From assembly GCA_046563655.1 (NCBI GenBank), contig CM102283.1, forward strand, positions 9,982,001-10,046,000: DNA of 64,000 nt, written 5' to 3'. Under the pieces are notes generated by a model. That model saw nothing but the letters and a program-made list of their open reading frames with translations, was not told the DNA's origin and searched no databases. This DNA is from Yuukianura sp. NJ FZ-2021. Its lineage: Eukaryota. Below, one piece after another: positions 13,250-23,200 of the stretch (positions within the stretch are counted from its first letter, which is position 1; the number at the start of each line of letters is the position of its first letter). The position numbers and the translations under genes were made by a program.

Positions 13250-15522
13250 ATGAGCTTGAGATCTTCGAATCGTTCTGACAAGACAGGAAACGACGAGAAC
13301 ATTTCTGATTCCGGAAGTAACAATGATGTTAAACTATTACAAGAAAAAGTGTCACAACTCGAAAATGAACTCAAAACGTTTCGAGCAGAAGTTGACATGA
13401 AAATGAGCATCGTGCAGCAGATCTTATCTACGAGGAATGGTTAGTATATCACAGTTTACCTTGTTATTTAATGAATTGTGGTACGTATGACTTATTCCTT
13501 TTCATCTAGCAGAAATGTTCACAGCTCAGAAGAAGCTGATAGAACGAGAGCAGGCACTTCATGAGAATGTGTTGTCCCATTGGAAGAACATTCCGGATCT
13601 GGTTGCCTCTGGGCTATGTCTGAAGTTTACTGATGATGGGGAGAATGACATTCATTTGAGTATTCATGATGATCAAGCTGCCGAGAAACCGCTGAAGAGT
13701 ACCGGACCCGGACAAGGATCATCCACAAAACGGAAAGCCTCGAGCCCCTCTGCAAGAAGGGATCGTCGAAAGAAGTTGAAATCTAGGTATCGAGAACATG
13801 GTAAGATCACCTTCTTAGATATTTCTGTTTTTGTGATTTGATAATTTCTATATTGAATACTTCCTCATCGTGTAATAAACGGCTCGTTTTCTCTTTTAGG
13901 CGAATCTGAATCCGAAGCTGCTTCTGATGCTAGCCCACAAGAGGATCGAGTTCCACTTGATACCGTTGGGGATGAAGGCGACACTGGTACTGGAGATGCT
14001 GATGCTGATGGGGAGAACAACAATGGTATTCTGAACTCCGTGTTCTAAACTTCCGAAAATCAAGTGTTAACCGATTTAGATTCCATCACTGTTTTACGAA
14101 GTTGAAATACGGGTTAATTTAACCAGTGTCTCAACTTTGTAAAACAGTGATAGAATGATGCAAAACTAACTTCCAAAACCTAACTCGTATAATTCATTTT
14201 TAATAGAAGAGAACAATGAGGATTCGGATTCCAGTATGGAAAGGAAGGTGTTTGTGGAGTACTACTCTGAGGAACCACCGAAACCGGGCCAGCTTGCTAC
14301 CACAACTCCGGTCTGGAAATATTACTGGCGAGAGGAGAATGGGGAGTCGGCACTGTGCAAACTTTGCGATGAAGACGGGGTGCAAAGTATTTTGAAAGTA
14401 AAGAAAGGAAATGGGATAACGGTTCTCCGCAGACATCTCAAGCGTAAGCATGCTGACTTCGCCGTCGATTTAGTTCCACTGAAGAAGGTTGCTGGTTCGG
14501 CTGCAGAAACATCTACAGGTAACGATTATCTCTTTTAGTAATCTTACTTTTTACCTAATAAGTGAAAAAGTCATGTTTTCTTTTAATCTGGCATAAACAA
14601 TATTATCGTTTATGGTTAAATGCCACCGGAATTTGGGTGTGAAATTAATCCCACTTGAATTCATATGAGGGTAAACAAAATTCGTCCAAAAGGTAGTGTT
14701 TCGTGTTTTTAAAAAAAATCGGAGTTATGGTATGGTGTAACCTATGGTGACAACCTTGGTCTGTCTATACTAGCAGACGTACTTGTTTGAAACGAAGCCA
14801 CACCCCACCCTCCGCCTACTATTAAGGTTAACGATTAGTATAGCGGCTAAGCTCCTTGGCCACCGCTCCATCAACTAATTTGTCGAAGTATATTAGGTGA
14901 TGAACAGAACTTTTGCAAACTTAAGAAGTAGGCTTCAGTGCATCGTTTACATGAAAGACCCAGTTTGGGCTAACAATGAAGAAATTACTGTTACAGAATC
15001 AACTGCGAATTTTATAAAATACCAACAGTGTATCAACTGTGGTGATAAAGTGAGTGCTAAAAGGGCACACTTCAACAAATTTACAACAGATACGACATAC
15101 ATCAGGGGTGGAAATTTCGACATTAAAGTAGTAGTATTCGTTAGCCACGCGTGGGGTGGGGGAGTGTATGAATTAAATATTTTAAACAAATTTTAATTCG
15201 GGGAAAAAATAACTTCAAAAATTAAATTTGAAACAAATATGAAACAGATTCGAAAAGTTTTGTCAATAAACGAGTTGAAACTAAAAAAAAGTTGGTTTAC
15301 TTTGAACGTTTTTTTTTCGTTGCAGATGGAACTTTTGAAGCTAATAAGTGGCCAGAAGGCGGGAGATGCGGGAGAGTTAGAGATCCGGTTTGGACTAAAT
15401 TCGGGCAATTCGTAGTGGACGGAATGCTGAAGCAGAAGTGTCTTACGTGTAACACAATTGTCAGTTCTAAAGTGGAAAGGCTCAAACAGCATTACGAAAA
15501 ACATCAAACCACTACGGAGTGA
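13250..15522 (+). CDS. Uncharacterised coiled-coil plus double BED zinc-finger protein (no transposase catalytic domain seen)
   Basis: Five exons joined by phase-1 GT-AG introns into one open frame: 13250-13439, 13510-13800, 13900-14025, 14207-14518, 15326-15522. Heptad segment VKLLQEKVSQLENELK, basic NLS-like RRDRRKKLK, acidic linker, BED1 (VWKYY..CKLC..LRRHLKRKH), BED2 (RDPVWTKF..CLTC..LKQHYEKH). Confidence 0.75.
14950..15085 (+). pseudogene. Degenerate BED-finger exon copy inside intron 4 of the BED gene
   Basis: KDPVW...QCINCGDKVSAK-RAHFNK aligns with exon 15326-15522 (RDPVW...KCLTCNTIVSSKVERLKQHYEK) with a short deletion. No phase-1 acceptor found. Confidence 0.55.
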
Positions 15523-16192
15523 ACATACAACGTTGTACAAAGCAAAATGCAAATGCTAGCATAAGAATCATAATCACCTAAAGTATTCTAAACGCTATGA
15601 AATATTATTTTCAGATTTCAAAAACTTTTTTTTAAATTGAGAAAAAAGATGAGGGAGGCTGTTCATTGTTTCAGTTATTCCACAATTAGGTTGTGATCCA
15701 AATGAAAATTCAACTTGTATTGTTCACATTATAAAAATTTTGGTTTGACAGGTTGTGCTTAATTTCTTTTGTTTTTGAACTGGTGAAGAAAACTGCTGTT
15801 GTTTTAAGTTCTACCTGTCTGTTTTTATAGAACAAGGTTCATGTCAGGAATTTTACAAAGTTGTAAGAAAACTGATTATCCTCAGTTGGATTCGTACGTC
15901 GTGAGCATAAGTAGATATAGAGCCAGACTAAACCTCGGACATGACAGACATTCGCAGTCTGCTGTTGTTCCTGTGCGTCCAGGCGAGTTTTTCGCGCATG
16001 CGTGGTGTCTGGGGACAACGAATCGTATCGCGACCAATTCAATGGAAGGTTTTTCAAAGGAACGTTCCCGCCAGGATTCCAATGGGGAGCAGGAACGGTA
16101 ACATTAAAGTTCAATTTTTAACAAAAAAAAAATTTCAAAAACTGAAACAAAAAAAAATGAAAAAGTGAAAAAATTTAAAAGAAAAATTAATG

Positions 16193-16360
16193 GGTTCCAG
16201 GTAATTTGGTTGGAATTGGATTGGTCGAAAACGCAGAGGTCGGCAAACCTAACCTACCCCTAGCATTAGAAAGATTAACCAAACCTAACCTAAATCCCAT
16301 ATACGCCTGCCGACCTCTGCCATTCCGACCAATTCACTTCCGACCAAATTACCTGCTACG
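16193..16360. mobile_element. MITE, ~50-bp imperfect TIRs, 8-bp TSD AATTAATG, internal AACCTAACCT motifs
   Basis: CAGGTAATTTGGTTGGAATTGGATTGGTCG...GAGGTCGGCA is mirrored by TGCCGACCTC...CGACCAAATTACCTG. AATTAATG at 16185-16192 and 16361-16368. Confidence 0.85.
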
Positions 16361-16840
16361 AATTAATGTGTTTTACTGAAGTGTTTTTGATTCTTGGATT
16401 TTCAGTCGGCGTATCAAGTCGAAGGTTCAAGCACAGAAGAGCTTTCACCAGACACAAATTTCGAAAATTTGTTTATAATTTTTGACTTTGATTAAAATTG
16501 TTTCAAAATTTTGAAACTTATTTTGAAATACGTTTTAAGGTGGGTGGAATGCTGACGGGAAAGGGCCGAGTATTTGGGATGATTTTGTAAGAGCCTAGTC
16601 CAGTGGTGGACGGAAGTACGGGCGACATTGCCTGTGACTCTTACTACAGATACCCAGTTGATGTCAAACTACTCAAGAAAATGGGCGTAATAAAAATTTT
16701 TGAATTTCAATTTCAAAATTTTCAAAAAAGATTTTTTTTTTCGAAAATGCGTTTTCTTAGGTGGATTTCTACCGTTTTTCTATGTCGTGGTCACGACTGT
16801 TGCCGGATGGCCGAATTGGATCAAAAAATCAAGCTGGAAT

Positions 16841-17236
16841 TAGTCCTTCAAGTTCGAACTTCCGAACTCGAACCTGGGTGTTTTCCTAGGTTCGAAGTTC
16901 GAACCTCAGCCAAAAGAGTTCGAACTTACCCGTTAATATTGGCAAATATTCAACAATGCCTGGATTTCAACAAAAACCGAGGCATATTGCCTCAGAAAGT
17001 AGTTTTAGTTCACTTTAAAGCTATTGTTTGAGTTAGTTTTTTAAAAAAATTCAAATACAGGGGGAAATGTACTTCGGATGTGAATTGCGAAATTTATCAC
17101 CCTCACCATTTTTGTCATCGCCCCTTGCTTTTTGCATGTAAAAAAAAGGTTCGAAAGTTCGAACTTGCTCTTCAGAAAGTTCGAACTTAGGTTCGAAGTT
17201 CGAACTTTTCATTTTTGGCCCGAACTTGAAGCACTA
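16841..17236. mobile_element. hAT-like MITE inserted in a GH1 exon, 8-bp TSD GCTGGAAT
   Basis: TIRs TAGTCCTTCAAGTTCG / CGAACTTGAAGCACTA; many subterminal TTCGAA palindromes; TSD at 16833-16840 and 17237-17244. Removing it restores KNQAGIDYYNNLID. Confidence 0.93.
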
Positions 17237-17423
17237 GCTGGAATCGACTACTACAATAACCTCATCGATTTCCTTCTAAAACACGACATCCAACCACGTG
17301 AGTCTTTCCTTCACATGCAATTCGTTCGAAAGCAATTGGATCAAATCACAAATTGGGTCAAAAACAGACCCAGTGCGACACAAATTGAGTCAAAGCAAGG
17401 TTTTTGACTTTGATTTTCCTTAA

Positions 17424-17614
17424 CAGGCTGGGTAATATCTCATGTCCTTTCGATTGTCAGAAAAATTTCCATTTTCATTTCAGAGCATCATTGTCACAAC
17501 AATGAAGTCATGTTTTTTTCTTAAATTTTACATACGAATTGGTATCAATTTTTTTTGGATTGGTACTAATTTAATGTTTTTTTTTTGTCAATAAACTACG
17601 TAGTACCCAACCTG
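17424..17614. mobile_element. Possible small MITE flanked by TTAA
   Basis: TTAA-CAGGCTGGGTA ... TACCCAACCTG-TTAA, short imperfect TIRs. Confidence 0.45.
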
Positions 17615-18390
17615 TTAAAAAAAGTTCACTTTTCGCTTGTAAAGGAACATTGGGTCAAATAATCAATTAGATCTAGGATTTCGACACAAATTGTGTCAAA
17701 TTATAAATTTCTTAATTTCCCTTTCGAACTAATTCACTTTTGGTCCAATTGTGTTGAACCTTTCACGTTGAACCAATGACACTTATTCGCCATTTCTTTT
17801 ACAAAAACAAAAATTCAAACCTGTACACAATCTCTTCTACTCCTTTTTTTCAGTTGTGAGTCTCTACCACTTCGACTTGCCAGTGAGTTTGTATCCAAAA
17901 TTTCTTCTCGTACAACTGTTCAAAAAAAAAAATTTTTTTTTCAAAAACCTTACTTTTTTTTTCGTTTTTTTAATGTAGCTCGCTCTGCAGAACTTAGGCG
18001 GTTGGTTGAACGAGGACCTTATTCAGTACTTTGGGGAATACGCTTTCTTTGCCTTTGAGACGTTCGGTGACCGGGTCAAAACGTGGGCCACTTTCAACGA
18101 ACCTGTCATCCACTGCACTGGCAGCTACGAACTGGGCACATTCCCTCCGGGGATCAAGGACGCCACGAAACCATACACATGCGCACATACAATGCTCAAA
18201 GCACATGCATTTGCATACAGAATGTACGACTCAGTTCAAACCAGTACAAGCAGGACGCTGCGGAATCACACTTGACTACGTCTGGCTCGAACCAGACGTA
18301 CAGACGAACAGTTATTCTTGCTTTCTATCGAAATTTCATAATAGGATTGTTATTTCTCAATCCATTTTCTAAGATTTGGTTGTGCCTCTT

Positions 18391-18751
18391 CACGGTTGAA
18401 GCTATGCTTCGGTCAGCATGAGGCTTCCTTGAGATGGGTATCTGGTGGAGGAGTTGTGTATAACTAGTTGTCCCTGCTCTGTGAAGAGAGGGAACCACTG
18501 CGCCGTTTTTGTGCAAAAAAAACATTCTGTCAGGTTTCCACTTTCCTCTCCTCGAATGCGGAGCAAAGCCTATGTTCTGGCATCGTGCGAGGGGAGGAAA
18601 GTGGAAACCTGACAGAATGTTTTTTTCGCACAAAAACGGCGCAGTGGTTCCCTCTCTTCACAGAGCAGGGACAACTAGTTATACACAACTCCTCCACCAG
18701 ATACCCATCTCAAGGAAGCCTCATGCTGACCGAAGCATAACTTCAACCGTG
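18391..18751. mobile_element. Foldback MITE, ~164-bp near-perfect TIRs, 8-bp TSD TGCCTCTT
   Basis: Arms 18391-18554 and 18588-18751 are reverse complements with about 3 mismatches. TSD at 18383-18390 and 18752-18759. Confidence 0.95.
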
Positions 18752-19049
18752 TGCCTCTTCCCGTTATGGCTGGTATCCACAACGATGGCTCATTTGTCTG
18801 TGCACAGCATGTCAAAGTTGAAGCGTTTGAAGAATCAGTGAGCTATGTTAGCCATGTACTTCCAGGAGCCCAAGCCCCAACCTAACCTAACCTTCTTCCT
18901 GATTTTATGTGCTATCGCGGGGGGTGGGGTGGGGGTGGAAATTTCGACATTAAAGTATTGTTGATCCAAATCCAATTTAGATTCGGTGGAAAATGAAATT
19001 GAAGTGATTTAAAACTAATGGACAACTCTATTTGTGATTTTAATTGCAG

Positions 19050-19342
19050 TTGAGGCGCCAAAGGTGGTAGCTGGGAAGTATAAAAATCCGATCTGGAACT
19101 TCTTCAAGGAATCCCCCGACAATCCCAAGTGGACAACATGCTTTTGTACTGTGGAAGTTTCTCGTGGTACAATTGGGCGGGGATCTACTTGCATCAACAT
19201 GGTCAAGCATTTGCAGCGCCGTCATCCCGCTCAATATGAAGATTACATTGCTGAGAAAGAAAAAGGGACATGTATTAGTGGGTTAAAGACTGTTTTGCCT
19301 ACAAAGACTAAGAAACAATCAAACGGTGAAACAATTGATTGA
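19050..19342 (+). CDS. Candidate alternative terminal exon encoding another BED finger
   Basis: Acceptor TTTTAATTGCAG at 19049 is phase 1 and matches the donor at 14518. Encodes NPIWNFF..TCFC..NMVKHLQRRHPAQY, then a stop. CxC rather than CxxC spacing. Confidence 0.55.
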
Positions 19343-20211
19343 ATCTCTATCGAAATCTGGTTGAACCGTTCCAATATTTCAATGTAAATTTGAGTTTTTT
19401 CTCACTTTTTTTGGCAATTGAGGCACTTGCAGCCATACCGTGACGAAGAATATCAAATATGTGGCAGAGAAGTTGGAGAATACTTTTCTTAAATTGATAA
19501 TTTTTCATATACTTTTGTGTAACCAAATAATTTGGCTAAATAAACTTTCTTGAATTATCATTCCACAACCTTTTCTACCTATGTACTTTATTACCGTAGA
19601 GTGTTTAGTAGAAAACTCGAAAGTAGATGGCAAAATAGAATGGCAATTTATTGGTTGTTGAAAAAAGTACCAGTTTCCTGCGAGTTGTAGAGATTTTTTT
19701 GTGACTAATTTTTGAAAATGTAACATTTAAATTAAGCAAATTTGGAAAATAGATTGCAATGCGGAAGTCAAAAACGTAAAACGTAAAACGTAAAAAGCGC
19801 AAGCAATTTTTGGAAGAAATGTGTCTAGACAATTGTACTTTTTCCTGGACAAATCAATGTTTCCAGATGATTTGGTATTTGGCAGTGAAGTAATAGGCGG
19901 TGGTGAAATCGCTAAATTAACGTTACCAATGAGTTTTAGATCCAAGTTAGGGTATTAGGATTCAACTGCTTCACACAAAAACCGATTTTCATCCTTCCCT
20001 TTCGTGCGACGACAGGAAGTGTAAAGGGGACTCTTTACTTCTACAAGGTTTCTCATTCCAATACCCCCACCTAATTAACTAGCGCCCCATCCGTAACTAC
20101 CCAGTACAACTAAAGTTTTCACAATTCAAATTTCTGTACTAAATGGAATTAATACGAAATGATATTCAGCTAAAATTTCTATACAACAGAGAAAACACGA
20201 AAGGATATTCA

Positions 20212-23200
20212 GTTCTCATTTAGTTTTTTCCCAAAACAATTTTGGCAAACCCATCCTCATGGACTTTTCTATACAAAAATTGTAGACCTAGAGTAGCCAT
20301 GTCTTACGTCACACATAGCAACATATATACATTTTCCGAATCAGGAAGTCAAGCCCTTTCCAACGATACGCTACTTGCATGAGTTCGTCATAAGACCAAA
20401 TGGCAACATTTGAAGCCCGTCACACTTTACCCTTTGCTCCTGGAGGGCTGAAAATTGGTACAAATGATCACAACATCTTCCCTGACAATTGCATCAAATT
20501 TAATTCATTTCGAAAAAAGTGGCGTTCTCATTTAGTTTTTTCCCAAAACAATTTTGGCAAACCCCTCCTTATGGACTTTTCTATACAGAAATTGTAGACC
20601 TCTAGAGTACCCATGTCTTACGTCATACATAGCAACATATATACATTTTCTGAATCAGGAAGTCAAGCCCTTTCCAACGATATGCTACTTGCATGAGGTC
20701 GTCATAAGACCAAATGGCAACATTTGAAGCCCCGTCACACTTTACCCTTTGCCTCTGGAGGGCTGAAAATTGGTACAAATGATCACAACATCTTCCCTGA
20801 CAATTGCATCAAATTTAATTCATTTCGAAAAAGTGGCGTTCTCATTTAGTTTTTTCCCAAAACAATTTTGGCAAACCCCTCCTTATGGACTTTTCTATAC
20901 AGAAATTGTAGACCTCTAGAGTACCCATGTCTTACGTCATACATAGCAACATATATACATTTTCTGAATCAGGAAGTCAAGCCCTTTCCAACGATATGCT
21001 ACTTGCATGAGGTCGTCATAAGACCAAATGGCAACATTTGAAGCCCCGTCACACTTTACCCTTTGCCTCTGAAGGGCTGAAAATTGGTACAAATGATCAC
21101 AACATCTTCCCTGACAATTGCATCAAATTTAATTCATTTCGAAAAAAGTGGCGTTCTCATTTAGTTTTTTCCCAAAACAATTTTGGCAAACCCCTCCTTA
21201 TGGACTTTTCTATACAGAAATTGTAGACCTCTAGAGTACCCATGTCTTACGTCATACATAGCAACATATATACATTTTCTGAATCAGGAAGTCAAGCCCT
21301 TTCCAACGATATGCTACTTGCATGAGGTCGTCATAAGACCAAATGGCAACATTTGAAGCCCCGTCACACTTTACCCTTTGCCTCTGGAGGGCTGAAAATT
21401 GGTACAAATGATCACAACATCTTCCCTGACAATTGCATCAAATTTAATTCATTTCGAAAAAAGTGGCGTTCTCATTTAGTTTTTTCCCAAAACAATTTTG
21501 GCAAACCCCTCCTTATGGACTTTTCTATACAGAAATTGTAGACCTCTAGAGTACCCATGTCTTACGTCATACATAGCAACATATATACATTTTCTGAATC
21601 AGGAAGTCAAGCCCTTTCCAACGATATGCTACTTGCATGAGGTCGTCATAAGACCAAATGGCAACATTTGAAGCCCCGTCACACTTTACCCTTTGCTTCT
21701 GGAGGGCTGAAAATTGGTACAAATGATCACAACATCTTCCCTGACAATTGCATCAAATTTAATTCATTTCGAAAAAAGTGGCGTTCTCATTTAGTTTTTT
21801 CCCAAAACAATTTTGGCAAACCCCTCCTTATGGACTTTTCTATACAGAAATTGTAGACCTCTAGAGTACCCATGTCTTACGTCATACATAGCAACATATA
21901 TACATTTTCTGAATCAGGAAGTCAAGCCCTTTCCAACGATATGCTACTTGCATGAGGTCGTCATAAGACCAAATGGCAACATTTGAAGCCCCGTCACACT
22001 TTACCCTTTGCCTCTGAAGGGCTGAAAATTGGTACAAATGATCACAACATCTTCCCTGACAATTGCATCAAATTTAATTCATTTCGAAAAAAGTGGCGTT
22101 CTCATTTAGTTTTTTCCCAAAACAATTTTGGCAAACCCCTCCTTATGGACTTTTCTATACAGAAATTGTAGACCTCTAGAGTACCCATGTCTTACGTCAT
22201 ACATAGCAACATATATACATTTTCTGAATCAGGAAGTCAAGCCCTTTCCAACGATATGCTACTTGCATGAGGTCGTCATAAGACCAAATGGCAACATTTG
22301 AAGCCCCGTCACACTTTACCCTTTGCCTCTGGAGGGCTGAAAATTGGTACAAATGATCACAACATCTTCCCTGACAATTGCATCAAATTTAATTCGTTTC
22401 GAAAAAAGTGGCGTTCTCATTTAGTTTTTTCCCAAAACAATTTTGGCAAACCCCTCCTTATGGACTTTTCTATACAGAAATTGTAGACCTCTAGAGTACC
22501 CATGTCTTACGTCATACATAGCAACATATATACATTTTCTGATTCTGGAAGTCAAGCCCTTTCCAACGATATGCTACTTGCATGAGGTCGTCATAAGACC
22601 AAATGGCAACATTTGAAGCCCCGTCACACTTTACCCTTTGCTTCTGGAGGGCTGAAAATTGGTACAAATGATCACAATATCTTCCCTGACAATTGCATCA
22701 AATTTAATTCATTTCGAAAAAAGTGGCGTTCTCATTTAGTTTTTTCCCAAAACAATTTTGGCAAACCCCTCCTTATGGACTTTTCTATACAGAAATTGTA
22801 GACCTCTAGAGTACCCATGTCTTACGTCATACATAGCAACGTATATACATTTTCTGAATCAGGAAGTCAAGCCCTTTCCAACGATATGCTACTTGCATGA
22901 GGTCGTCATAAGACCAAATGGCAACATTTGAAGCCCCGTCACACTTTACCCTTTGCCTCTGGAGGGCTGAAAATTGGTACAAATGATCACAACATCTTCC
23001 CTGACAATTGCATCAAATTTAATTCATTTCGAAAAAAGTGGCGTTCTCATTTGGTTTTTCCCAAAACAATTTTGGCAAACCCCTCCTTATGGACTTTTCT
23101 ATAGAAAAATTGTAGACCTCTAGAGTAGCCATGTCTTACGTCACACATAGCAACATATATACATTTTCTGAATCAGGAAGTCAAGCCCTTTCCAACGATA

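Larger units (their letters stand above)
15941..18297 (+). pseudogene. Glycoside hydrolase family 1 (beta-glucosidase, lactase/myrosinase-like) pseudogene, 3'-truncated
   Basis: Spliced motifs GTFPPGFQWGAGT|SAYQVEG|GWNADGKGPSIWD, GDIACDSY, YRFSMSWSRLLP, GIDYYNNLID, LYHFDLP, FGDRVKTWATFNEP, LKAHAFAY, GITLD. Lesions: frameshift after the signal peptide, TAG at 16596 with frameshift, exonic MITE at 16841, frameshift near 18231. No nucleophile (ENG) half seen. Confidence 0.9.

Noticed and set aside
16246-16290. Telomeric TTAGG/CCTAA repeats or telomerase template
   Set aside because: Only 2-3 units, internal to a MITE; similar short runs occur at ~18879.
18325-18841. Mirror-image ORFs on both strands
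   Set aside because: Consequence of the palindromic MITE.
13250-19342. Autonomous hAT transposase
   Set aside because: Only BED fingers are present; no DDE/RNase H or hATC domain, and no enclosing TSD found.
19770-19793. (AAAACGT)x3 short tandem
   Set aside because: Too short to interpret.
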